This document shows, one piece after another, positions 1 to 9,027 of a stretch of 64,000 nt of DNA (positions within the stretch are counted from its first letter, which is position 1; every line of letters begins with the position of its first letter). The notes under the pieces were generated by a model. That model had not been told where the DNA came from, searched no databases, and worked only from the letters and a program-made list of their open reading frames with translations. The stretch lies in the IMG/VR virus record IMGVR_UViG_3300009081_000001, positions 1 through 64,000 of that record; one strand, written 5' to 3'. Made by a program: the position numbers and the translations under genes. The stretch comes from a virus.

Positions 1-202
1 CACCCTCTGCCAGAAGATGACCGGGCCACCGTTGCAGCTCAAACCACAAAGAAAGGTAAGGGGGCGGGACCGGGCGCTTCATCTTCTCTATGTTCACACC
101 CTGGTATTCTGCCCGGTCCCTATCCACCTTCTGCTTGTAGAGGGCGTATTCCTTGCAGTACTGGGATACGTCCTCTATGAGCTGCACTTTTAGGCTTCCC
201 CC
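1..202 (-). CDS. C-terminal extension of tail assembly chaperone reached by -1 frameshift (partial, runs off the window)
   Basis: The -1 frame after GGGGGAA (202..196) stays open to position 1: GSLKVQLIEDVSQYCKEY...PPYLSLWFELQRWPGHLLAEG; position matches the G/GT arrangement. Confidence 0.65.
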
Positions 203-642
203 AGGCCGGGGTTTCTCCAGTTAAACGGGGGATGCCACTCTACCAGCTTCTCGATGATCTCTGTTGCAACATCATCGGGCAGGCTATGGAATGCCTTGTA
301 GAACTGCGTCTTGGTGTTGGGCTCCAACATCTTCTTGGTAGCACGACAACTCTTGCCGGGTACAAAAAGGGGTTCCCCATCCTCACCGCAAAGGTTAGAG
401 TCTACCAGGCAGAGGGCCACACGCTCACTGTCAAGCACGTCCTCGGGAACGATATCCCGCTGCCGCACGGTGCCCTGCACTTCCGTATCCCACTCCAACA
501 CACTCTTGGCGCGGATCTGTGCAATCTGTTCCCGTTCCCACCGTCTCGGGCGCTGGAACTGTACCCACGTCTCGCCCGTCTCATCCCACTTCGAGAGGGG
601 GATAGCTTCGCTGACTTCAATACTGGGCAGTCGCTTACTCAT
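190..642 (-). CDS. Tail assembly chaperone (gpG-like)
   Basis: Downstream of the tail tube gene; ends in slippery GGGGGAA just before TAA; start chosen at MSKRLP behind a purine-rich RBS. Confidence 0.65.
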   Translation of the reverse strand: MSKRLPSIEVSEAIPLSKWDETGETWVQFQRPRRWEREQIAQIRAKSVLEWDTEVQGTVRQRDIVPEDVLDSERVALCLVDSNLCGEDGEPLFVPGKSCRATKKMLEPNTKTQFYKAFHSLPDDVATEIIEKLVEWHPPFNWRNPGLGEA

Positions 643-712
643 CTTGTTCCGTTCCTTTCGTTGCTTCATTTGTGCGATGCGGGGGGTGATATCCAAGATA
701 CCACCCGCCCGC

Positions 713-895
713 TTACCGCACTTTTCCCTGGTTCTTGACACACAGGGCCACTAGACGTTCGGGGCTCACGACAAAGGTATGGTCCTGGTCCCACACTCGG
801 ATAGTCTCAAAGTCTTGAGCATACCGGGCTTCTGGTCCCAGGTCATACCGCTTATCTTCGCCTTGTTCCTTGATGATCAGAAAACTCTCACTCAC
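713..895 (-). CDS. Small hypothetical protein
   Basis: 60-aa ORF with AGGAG RBS directly after the tail tube stop. Confidence 0.55.
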   Translation of the reverse strand: MSESFLIIKEQGEDKRYDLGPEARYAQDFETIRVWDQDHTFVVSPERLVALCVKNQGKVR

Positions 896-907
896 TCTCG
901 TCTCCTT

Positions 908-1936
908 TTAGCTCGGCCAGGCGTAGGCGCTAGTCAGGTTGCGCAAGCGCATGTACCAGTCATAGCCCGACGTGGCCCGCGCCACAGAGCCAGTCACCGC
1001 CATGCCGATCAGCTCACCACCGGCCAGGCGGATAGGATCACAGGCCCAGTCAACATTGTTGCCCCACACCTTCAGCTCGAACGGGGTACTGGTGCCGGTC
1101 ATATCCCCGGTGCTCTCCACATACACGTCAAAGGACGTGCTGTAGACAGTCGGTTGCCATGCAGTCCCGTTCCAGTAGAAGAGGGAGTACAGCGTCTTCG
1201 TCTCGTGCAGGTGCTGGAAGGACAGGGTGATGTTGCGCCCCAACACTGGGAAGTCGTAGGGGTAGTAAGAGCCAACCGTCTGCACCCGGCGCATATCGGG
1301 CACGATGTTGACAAGCTCGATACTCACCGCCGTAGCGGTTTCGATATCGCTGCCGTCAGGGAACTCCAGGCCACCCTTACAGCTAATGGGGATACTCGCC
1401 TCATCCTTGGCGCTGTGCGTCCAACCGCTGCCGTCTGGTGCGCTGATGGTCCGACCAACCACGTCATAACGCATCGTGGCGTATTCCCCCGGCGTGATCG
1501 TCAAGAGGAGCCTGGTAGGAACCAAGTCCTCCATCTGCTCGTACATAGCCGCCGTACCGGGGATAACCCGCCGCGCCGTCAAGTACTTGCCCGGTGCAGA
1601 GCTGTCAGCACCCGAAGGAAAGTAGTGCTCATAGTAGCTTACACCATCGGTCAGGGTGTTGGACGTGACCGAACCGGCGAAGGCGTACAAGAGCCAGCCG
1701 AGATAGTCATCGAGCACAGGCGGCATGACCACGCCACCACCAGAGAAAGCAGCAGTCTTAATGCTGCCCCCTGGAAGGAAGGTGCCACCGACTTGCGGCC
1801 CGATATTCCGAAACATCTGACCGGGAGCCACGTCTACCAGATTGGCACGGAAAGCGTAGAACGTCTCTGCCGCCGTACCCTTGGCCGCCTGTGGACCCAA
1901 CCAGAATTTACCGAGAGAGCCAGATTGCAGGCTCAT
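908..1936 (-). CDS. Tail tube protein
   Basis: 342 aa, beta-rich, Gly/Thr/Ser-rich; lies between neck genes and chaperone; AGGAGG RBS and ATGA overlap with the upstream gene. Confidence 0.7.
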   Translation of the reverse strand: MSLQSGSLGKFWLGPQAAKGTAAETFYAFRANLVDVAPGQMFRNIGPQVGGTFLPGGSIKTAAFSGGGVVMPPVLDDYLGWLLYAFAGSVTSNTLTDGVSYYEHYFPSGADSSAPGKYLTARRVIPGTAAMYEQMEDLVPTRLLLTITPGEYATMRYDVVGRTISAPDGSGWTHSAKDEASIPISCKGGLEFPDGSDIETATAVSIELVNIVPDMRRVQTVGSYYPYDFPVLGRNITLSFQHLHETKTLYSLFYWNGTAWQPTVYSTSFDVYVESTGDMTGTSTPFELKVWGNNVDWACDPIRLAGGELIGMAVTGSVARATSGYDWYMRLRNLTSAYAWPS

Positions 1937-3192
1937 TTGTATTTCCTCCTAGTGAAAACCTCTTGATAACAGGACCACCATTGCTTCCAGGTGTTCTCGA
2001 TGGATCGATTCTGCTTGACCCATCGGTGCCCTGTGCGTTGGTAGTGCTCCCGTTTCTCTTTGTCCTTGATGAGTGTAGTGATGGCGCTGTACCAGGCGTC
2101 AGGCTCGTGGTCCACGATAATCCCGCGCTTGTTGCCCCATCCTACAACTCGACCATAGTAGTTGAGAGGGCTTGCCACAACCGCTGCCCCGCCCTCATTT
2201 CCGTCGGAAATGGCCCGACCCGCCGCTAGTCCCTCTGTTGCCTTGATTCCACTTTTGGCATGGTTGAACTTGTCGCCTGGATCTACGGGACAGAGAATGA
2301 TATCTGCTTGCCTGATGACACCTGGATACTCGGTATAGTCCCGAAAGTTCTTGTCGGCGTACAACTGTGCCGGGAACATCAGGGACAATTCCTCGAAGTA
2401 GTCAGGCACGAACCCCATGAGCAAGAGGCTCACGTTGCGGTTCTCGCGTAGCACTCGCGGTATCACGTCCTTGAGCACGATCCAGTCATGGTAGTGTGTG
2501 ACGCTGCCCGTAAGGGCGATAACCAAGCTCTCCCGGTCCCACCGCTTCCACCTGTCCCATCCCTGCCACTCGCTCCACTTGACGCAGTTGGGCAGTACGT
2601 AGACAGGCACGGTAGGGGCATACTGCTTTACAAGGTCGCGCATATAGGGTGTAGTGACCGTGATTGCGTCTCCCTGTGTAAGCAGCTTCTTGGCAAGGTC
2701 CACATGCTCCTTGTACCCAAGGTCGCGTGAGCCCCAGTGGTCGTCGTCGTACTCTAGGACAATGCCCACTTTCTGCCGTGCCATGCGTACCATGTCTAAC
2801 AGGTGAGCTTCACCCTCCAGGGCCACCCCCAACCGCTCCAGCCCGGCCTTGACGTTGGCCGGGATATCCTCGAACTTGGCCGTACCATCTGTACCGTAAG
2901 GAAGAGGGCGGTGCCTGGGCAGTACCCACAGGTCGTAGTCGGTTGGCATGGTCTTGTAGCCCTTGCCACCCGCCGCCCAACGCTGGACTCTGCCGATTGG
3001 TGCCCAGTCCAGCACGGAACCCGGCACCCTCTCCCGTATCTCTTGGAAAGGAATGCGGATCCTGTATGACTCGCACCCGCCCATGACCCCATCATCTCGT
3101 AGATGGATGGCTAGGACGGTGGGCGGCTTACCAGTCGGCTGTCGTCCAGGCTTGCGTTGTGGCGTAGTAAAGCCTGATGTACTTGCGTACAA
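1933..3192 (-). CDS. Glycosyltransferase (GT-B fold, family 4-like)
   Basis: Motifs GGCESYRIRIP, EYDDD, VLPNCV, GSVTHYHDW, ADIILCP...FNHAKSGIKATE; TTG start preceded by GGAGG. Confidence 0.8.
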   Translation of the reverse strand: MYASTSGFTTPQRKPGRQPTGKPPTVLAIHLRDDGVMGGCESYRIRIPFQEIRERVPGSVLDWAPIGRVQRWAAGGKGYKTMPTDYDLWVLPRHRPLPYGTDGTAKFEDIPANVKAGLERLGVALEGEAHLLDMVRMARQKVGIVLEYDDDHWGSRDLGYKEHVDLAKKLLTQGDAITVTTPYMRDLVKQYAPTVPVYVLPNCVKWSEWQGWDRWKRWDRESLVIALTGSVTHYHDWIVLKDVIPRVLRENRNVSLLLMGFVPDYFEELSLMFPAQLYADKNFRDYTEYPGVIRQADIILCPVDPGDKFNHAKSGIKATEGLAAGRAISDGNEGGAAVVASPLNYYGRVVGWGNKRGIIVDHEPDAWYSAITTLIKDKEKREHYQRTGHRWVKQNRSIENTWKQWWSCYQEVFTRRKYK

Positions 3193-3775
3193 TCAGCGCC
3201 TCCCCTTCTTCCTGGTCTGTCCAGGCATCTCCCCAAAACGGACCCATCTGCACCTGTTCGCCAAAGCTGTCCACAATGGCCGCTTCGGTGTCTATCTTTG
3301 CCCCCGCCTCACGGAGAGCCTTGATGGTACGATTCTCTACCAGAGAGGCAAGGTGCCCGGCGTCCCGCCTTTCAAGCGTCAGGCCGGGCACCTCATCTCC
3401 CCATACCTCTATCTCGATAGTGAAAGCCCGCGCCATGCGAGAGCCACCACCAACCATCTCATAGTGAGCAGTATGCCTGAGTTGCGCTGCTTCCGATTCC
3501 CCGAAGGATGATATACGCCCTGTCAGATTGCCGCCCGACTGTAGCTGTGGATAGCGCATAGGGTAGTGAGGCCACTCCCTGGCGTTCTCTGGATCGTTCT
3601 CATGGATGAGCACGACAACGGCGCTTGGGTCATCCTGGCGCGGCCCTACCTTGATGGTCGTCATGCGGCTGGCATCGTCGGCGTCTATCTCGGTCTGCAG
3701 CTTGAGGGTAAGCAGATCCACCACGGCATCCATGATGAGATCGCACACCCCCTGCTCGGTAGGCATAGTACTCAT
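3128..3775 (-). CDS. Putative tail terminator / neck protein
   Basis: 215 aa in the head-tail joining position; ATGA overlap with the adaptor gene. Confidence 0.5.
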   Translation of the reverse strand: MSTMPTEQGVCDLIMDAVVDLLTLKLQTEIDADDASRMTTIKVGPRQDDPSAVVVLIHENDPENAREWPHYPMRYPQLQSGGNLTGRISSFGESEAAQLRHTAHYEMVGGGSRMARAFTIEIEVWGDEVPGLTLERRDAGHLASLVENRTIKALREAGAKIDTEAAIVDSFGEQVQMGPFWGDAWTDQEEGEALIVRKYIRLYYATTQAWTTADW

Positions 3776-4443
3776 GTGCGGTCGAGCCTCACGAACTCAT
3801 AGACAACCGGCCCGGTGTACTGCTCTCTAAGCTCGATGTACCTGTCCATGTAGGCTTGTGCCTCTTCTGCAAGAGGGTTCTGCACGTTCAGGTCTTGCTT
3901 CCGTGCCCATTGTTCCAGCCTCGCCCTAGAGGCAGAGTAGGGCAGGAATGCCAAGTAAGCAGCGTAGTACAGTACAGCCAGCTCTCCCCACCTGTGCGTT
4001 CGCAAGTTGAGGGTATCCGTGTCCAATGCAAGCGGGCTGTGCGTGGCACCATAGTAAAGCGTGAAGCTAGTACCTCGCGGTTCCCTCGGGAGATAGAACT
4101 GCGTTTCCGTCGGAAATCCCACGACGTACCGCCTCGGCTCGTCGTTTAGTGCATACGCACCAGGCCGTATCTGCATCGGAGCAAGGTACTCTTGTGTAGA
4201 AGTGGACTCGAAGTAGCCGTACATATTGCGCACGTCTACCGCGTTCTCTGGCATATCGTACTCGTGTTGATCTGATACCACGGTGTAGCTGTTGCTCGAA
4301 GCAATGGGTACGTCCGTGGTCCACTGGGTTATAGCCAGATTGATGAACGTGTCCAGGTCAGTAGTAGTCCACTTCTTTGCAGCCGTATCCTTGAGGAACG
4401 TCTGCAGCTTGGAACGCAAGGTGGAGAGAGCTACCGTTGCCAT
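3772..4443 (-). CDS. Putative head-tail adaptor protein
   Basis: Immediately after the capsid gene; N-terminus LSTLRSKLQTFLKD...WTTTDLDTFINLAI is typical of adaptor proteins. Confidence 0.65.
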   Translation of the reverse strand: MATVALSTLRSKLQTFLKDTAAKKWTTTDLDTFINLAITQWTTDVPIASSNSYTVVSDQHEYDMPENAVDVRNMYGYFESTSTQEYLAPMQIRPGAYALNDEPRRYVVGFPTETQFYLPREPRGTSFTLYYGATHSPLALDTDTLNLRTHRWGELAVLYYAAYLAFLPYSASRARLEQWARKQDLNVQNPLAEEAQAYMDRYIELREQYTGPVVYEFVRLDRT

Positions 4444-7400
4444 TAGGTGTTGCCCAACTTCTTGTACCCGGCGCTGGAGACGTAGCCAGAGGAGAAGATG
4501 ATCGCGGCCATCTCGGGACGGAACAGGCCGTAGCCGTGAACGCTGTCCCAGGTGACGCGGTACATCGCTTCGCGGTCGTCAATCGCCGGGGGGAACATGA
4601 GCTTGGGCGGTTGCGCGAATCCACCGACCACAGCACCAGCACCGGCAGCCACGATACAAGCATGAATGTGCAACCCCTTGGTGACATAGGCGTAGTTGCC
4701 ATCATCGAGTGCCGTGCCATAGGCTTTCTGGATAGGCCGGTCAAACGTCAGGCGCTTATTGTCCTCGTCAATGCTCACGATGCGCCGGTTGGTGATCGTG
4801 CCGTCCGTCGCATAGGGCGCATTGACCACGGTGTAGGGCTGAGTGGCCCCATCGCTCCGCAGGGTGTGGATCGTCACCACGTCGCCAACGTTGAAGTCAC
4901 CGATAGCGCCAGAATACAGAGTGCCAAGCTGGATATAGCTCGTCACACCGCTATGCTGGCCCTGCTTGTAGGTATCCAGAACCTTGGTCGAGTACAGGCA
5001 CCCGTCGCCCTCATCAATGGCCGCACTGACACCGGCCTGCGCCGTGATCACGCCCATGTTGTACAAAGTACACTGGGGCACCTGGACGTAGCGCAAGCCC
5101 TTGTACTGGCCCATCTCATACCGCAAGAGGCTACGGGCACCGATCTCGCTGTACTGCGCGATTGCCTTATAGTCTGCGTCCTGCTGCGCGGTGTAGATTT
5201 GGCCGGGGGATGCGAACGCCACAGCGTTGACACCGTTGGGCGAGTTCGGATCCATGACTTGGTTGTACATGAACTCCAAAGAGATATCCATCGCCAAGTC
5301 TGGATCGAACACGTCACTCGCGCCGATGTCTCCGAAGCCGGTCCCGCCACCGACGATGTACCGCACCGGAAGACTCAGGAACGCATTGCGAACCTGCGTC
5401 TCCATGTGGTCCACGATAGCATCAGCCATCAGTTGACGGCACAGGGGAGCCAGCGAACCGGCCTGACCACCAGACGAAACAAAGAAAGTGATCAGGTTGT
5501 CGTCCAAGTTGTTACTCTATCAAACCTATAGTATAATGTTCACAAACATGAAAGGAGCTTCCAATGTCTTATACGGTCGTTACCTGTCCTACTTGCGGCG
5601 GTGAGATGAACAGCAGATCCAAGAAGTGTAAGCACTGCACTGGTAGTAAGACTGTAGCCAGTCGGCCAAGCCAGATTGATACTTGCCCCATCTGTGGTGG
5701 GCCGAAGAACAAGACGGCTAAGACCTGTAAGGGATGCCAGTACAAGGACCGCAAGCGCACCTGTCATCCTCGCCGTAGGGTTGACTATCCAGACCTGGCC
5801 CTCGTTCCTGATACTTGGTGGCTTGCCTTTATCGGCTTCTTCATGGGAGAGGGTTCTGTTCGTCTGTACAAGTGTGGTCACAGCTTGCCCCAAGTTGGCC
5901 TTAGTATGTCTCTTCGGGCCGATGATGCCGCCGTAATGGAAGACATTTGCACTCATATTGGCGGCATTCTCTACGATGAAGTCAAGCCCGGTCTTAATCC
6001 TATGGTCAAGTGGGCTGCCCACAGTGCTGGTCATACAGAAACCATTGTTCGTGTCATGCTGCGTCCAGAGTTCCGCATCCTACCAGCTAAGAAGTGGGCC
6101 GATCTTGAGCTTGTCCTTGAGTATATCGACTGGCGCAAGTCCAAGCCCTACCACTTATCACCAGATGACCGGGAGATTGCTCTTAGCTACCCCGACCGTT
6201 TGAAAGCTATTCATGTTTGTAAGGTTCGATAGGGGGTAGGTTCTTTATCCTACCCTCTTACGGTTTCCCGTAAGTGCAGACTATATCTTCATCCGGTCTG
6301 GATGCCGGGCACTCTTGGGCAGCTTATTGCCTGTGCTGGCTCACCGCCTAGTCGTTGAACCTTCCCCATACTGACTTGCACTTTCAGGGGCTTGGCTGCT
6401 GATTGCCCAATCCCTAGACTTTTTAAACCTTCGCGCTTGCCGTTTCCAGCTACGCTGTAGTGTCTAGGGCTCTCAGGGGTTTCCAGCATTTCACCCGGTA
6501 CTTTCTACCGCATATTCCTACGCGGCCAAGCTCGATTTGAACTTGTTGAGGGCGATCTTCCCACCGTAGCTGGCAAGCTCCAGCTCGGTTTGCCAACCGT
6601 CTGCAAACATGGTCGGGAGCCACAGTTTGTTACTAGCGATACTTTGTGCTATAATTCAGAACTATAGCATTGTGTTCACAAGCCTGATAACTTTCTCAAG
6701 GAGAATAGAATGACACCTAACCCAAGACCGTGTAGATTATCACTTGCCGAGATGGTGAGCCTTTACCACGATGGGCTGTCAACTGAGGCGATTGGTGTTC
6801 TTGCCGACCGCGACCAATCCGTTGTCTTTCGCCAGCTAAAGAAGGTTGGTGTAGAGATGCGTCCTGCTCACGGTCCTGCAATTTACTCTGTCAATCACAC
6901 CTTCTTCGATGAGATTGACACACCAGAGAAAGCCTACGTACTTGGTTTCTTTATCACCGATGGCTGCGTAGTAGACCATGCTGGTAAGCAGAGATTGCAG
7001 TTTCACTTGAAGTTGAGCGATGCTGCACACCTAGAACTAATAGCGGCAGCCATGTGTCTTACTGCTCCTGTACGACTGCGGCCCAAGTATGCAGAGCTTG
7101 TCTGGTATTCCCGCCCTCAAGTGGAGGCCCTTGCTCGGCTCGGTGTTATGCCCCGCAAGTCTTTTACCGTTGGGTATCCAGCCCTGCGCCCGGATCTCCA
7201 TAGAGACTTTATCCGTGGCCTGTTCGATGGTGATGGTTGTATCAGGCCAGAGCGATTCTGGCTCTGTGGTTCCTCACTCCATTTGTTATCCACCGCTAGG
7301 CAGATTGTCCTTGATTCTGTTCCTCTAGAGCGAACCCTGCCCCCCATTGGTTCTCAAGAACGCCTGCACCAGCCGATCTATCGCTGGAGTGGCTGCAAGA

Positions 7401-8024
7401 TTCAGGCCCCGGTATTGCGCTGGCTCTATAAAGATGCCTATATTGCCCTTGAAAGAAAGCTATCAGTTGTTAAAGAACACTGGTCCTAGTATCGCCGGGT
7501 AAGCTGTTTATGCTTACCTCTCTGCCTTTCGGTCAGAGTTCGGACTATATCATCACCTTACTATTGCGTAAGGGCCGGGCACTCTTGGGGAGATTATCGC
7601 CTGTTCTAGCTCACTCCCTAGTCTCTGAACCTTCTCCCTACTATCATCGAATCTTCGGGAGCTTGGCTGCTGATTTTCCAATCCCTGTCCTTTTTTAACC
7701 ATCACGCTCACCGTTTCCAGTCTCGTTGTGGTGTCCAGGGCTCTAAGGAAGTTCCAGCAATTCACCCGGTTTAAGCAGCTCTGGCTAGTTCCAAAGCTCG
7801 CGGGCTCCGATTGCCGAGATGTCGGGCTCCAAGCCCCACAAGCCGGTCCAGATCATTTTCTTGGTCTTCATGGCGCTGAAGTCTACCTTGACCGGCACCA
7901 ACTGCGAAAGAGAAACCGTCTGCCGAAAGGCCCGTTGGAGTTCAGGAACGTACCAATCACGCTGATTGATGTCCCATGCACTCCAGGGTTCCAGGCTGTA
8001 ATAGCCGTCGAATGTAGTAGTCAC
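4443..8024 (-). CDS. Major capsid protein, three exons: 8024-7794, 6622-6541, 5503-4443 (457 aa spliced)
   Basis: Exons of 231+82+1061 nt join in frame (ARELWLPTMFADG...KIALNKYDNLITFF); follows scaffold; capsid-like YEMGQYKGLRYV and C-terminal YRVTWDSVHGYGLFRPE. Confidence 0.85.
5504..6540 (-). ncRNA. Group I self-splicing intron 2 in the capsid gene
   Basis: Core elements AATGCTGGAAA (P), AATCAGCAGCC (Q), GTTCAACGACTA (R), AAGATATAGTCT (S); P1 CAAGTTC/GAGCTTG with U-G at the splice site; terminal G at 5504. Confidence 0.9.
5564..6232 (+). CDS. LAGLIDADG homing endonuclease with N-terminal Cys-rich zinc-binding repeats, antisense within intron 2
   Basis: WLAFIGFFMGEGSV single motif; CPTCGG..CKHC and CPICGG..CKGC; AAGGAG RBS; TATAAT at 5532-5537. 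Confidence 0.8.
   Translation: MSYTVVTCPTCGGEMNSRSKKCKHCTGSKTVASRPSQIDTCPICGGPKNKTAKTCKGCQYKDRKRTCHPRRRVDYPDLALVPDTWWLAFIGFFMGEGSVRLYKCGHSLPQVGLSMSLRADDAAVMEDICTHIGGILYDEVKPGLNPMVKWAAHSAGHTETIVRVMLRPEFRILPAKKWADLELVLEYIDWRKSKPYHLSPDDREIALSYPDRLKAIHVCKVR
6623..7793 (-). ncRNA. Group I self-splicing intron 1 in the capsid gene
   Basis: AATTGCTGGAA (P), AATCAGCAGCC (Q), GTTCAGAGACTA (R), GATATAGTCC (S); P1 AGCTTTGG/CCAGAGCT with U-G pair; P10 TGGCT/AGCCA; terminal G at 6623. Confidence 0.92.
6710..7489 (+). CDS. Double-motif LAGLIDADG homing endonuclease, antisense within intron 1
   Basis: KAYVLGFFITDGCV and DFIRGLFDGDGCI motifs; N-terminal HTH-like segment; AAGGAG RBS; upstream TATAAT. Confidence 0.9.
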   Translation: MTPNPRPCRLSLAEMVSLYHDGLSTEAIGVLADRDQSVVFRQLKKVGVEMRPAHGPAIYSVNHTFFDEIDTPEKAYVLGFFITDGCVVDHAGKQRLQFHLKLSDAAHLELIAAAMCLTAPVRLRPKYAELVWYSRPQVEALARLGVMPRKSFTVGYPALRPDLHRDFIRGLFDGDGCIRPERFWLCGSSLHLLSTARQIVLDSVPLERTLPPIGSQERLHQPIYRWSGCKIQAPVLRWLYKDAYIALERKLSVVKEHWS

Positions 8025-8056
8025 TTCTTATCTCCCTATGTTTGTGTGGGAGTCCT

Positions 8057-8941
8057 CTACTTGCGCTTTTGCAATTCAGCAATAGCGTTGCTATGGCCCT
8101 GGACCATCTTCAAAACGTCATCCATGCCAGCCCAAGGCTTGGTTCCGCTGCCCAGTTTCATCCAGTGTTTGTCGTAGAGCTGATAGAAGCGCCTGTCTGC
8201 CTCTTCCTGCTGGCGCTGTGGTAGTTGGTCAAACTCTGGACTGCCACGTAGATCCATGAGCTTGTGGTATTCTGCGACCTCATCCTGTTCCGTGACAGGC
8301 TGTGGGCCAGGAGCACTCCCCGGCGTCCAGCCCTGGACCATTGCCTGCTGCGTTTGCTGTGCGGCATTGCCCGTTACTCCCTGCAACTTCTTGATGAAAC
8401 GGTCAATCTCTGTGCGTTGCGCCTTGTCGTTGACCGCCCCATCGTCGCCAACAGAGGGGGCTAGGGCAGGAATGTTGTCTCGGAAGAGGAAGAGGCCGGG
8501 AACGTTGCCATATTGCTCAAGGATCAGGTTGTCCCGGTAGCGTTCCGCCTCTGCCTTTGCAAGTCGTTCGTAGAGAACACTGTCTGTTTTCTGTGGCGCT
8601 GGCTCATTTCCGTCGGAAACGTGCTTTGTCGGGGCCTTTGCCTGCGGCTCTGGTGCCGGGGCAGGTGCCTGCGACAAACGCGATTCGAGAGCAGTTAGTT
8701 TGTCGGCAAACTGCTTGAACTGACTGTCCCATGTGCTCCTATCTTCCTGATAGCGCCGATTGAGGCCGTTATACCTGGCCTCCCAATCCGTGGATTGCTG
8801 CCCCTGCTGCTGTTGAAAAGGTGCAGGGGGCATCCTCATGCTGTCCGGGCCAGCGTGGGTAATCACGTCTAGGTTCTGCGGCATACCGCCCATACCGGGA
8901 ACCAGAGGCGTCCCTGCTTGCTGCGGATCTTCCTGTGACAT
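8057..8941 (-). CDS. Putative capsid scaffolding protein
   Basis: Directly upstream of the capsid gene; Gln/Pro-rich with DWEARYNGL and coiled-coil segments. Confidence 0.7.
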   Translation of the reverse strand: MSQEDPQQAGTPLVPGMGGMPQNLDVITHAGPDSMRMPPAPFQQQQGQQSTDWEARYNGLNRRYQEDRSTWDSQFKQFADKLTALESRLSQAPAPAPEPQAKAPTKHVSDGNEPAPQKTDSVLYERLAKAEAERYRDNLILEQYGNVPGLFLFRDNIPALAPSVGDDGAVNDKAQRTEIDRFIKKLQGVTGNAAQQTQQAMVQGWTPGSAPGPQPVTEQDEVAEYHKLMDLRGSPEFDQLPQRQQEEADRRFYQLYDKHWMKLGSGTKPWAGMDDVLKMVQGHSNAIAELQKRK

Positions 8942-9027
8942 TGTTAGTTTCCTCCGTTCAGATTTGTGAACTTACTGCCTAAAAAAAGAGCGAAAATAGC
9001 CGATTGCGCCTATCGCAATTGCGCCTA

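Noticed and set aside
4900-4940. Possible self-target of array segment 7 in the capsid gene (GTLYSG)
   Set aside because: Only about half of the dinucleotides match; compatible with chance
779-5531. Long plus-strand ORFs 779-1966 and 4437-5531 (likewise minus-strand 29339-30277)
   Set aside because: Antisense shadows of real GC3-rich genes with no motifs or RBS
5504-7793. Inteins or group II introns in the capsid gene
   Set aside because: Stops in the capsid frame, endonucleases on the opposite strand, no reverse transcriptase; group I core motifs are present
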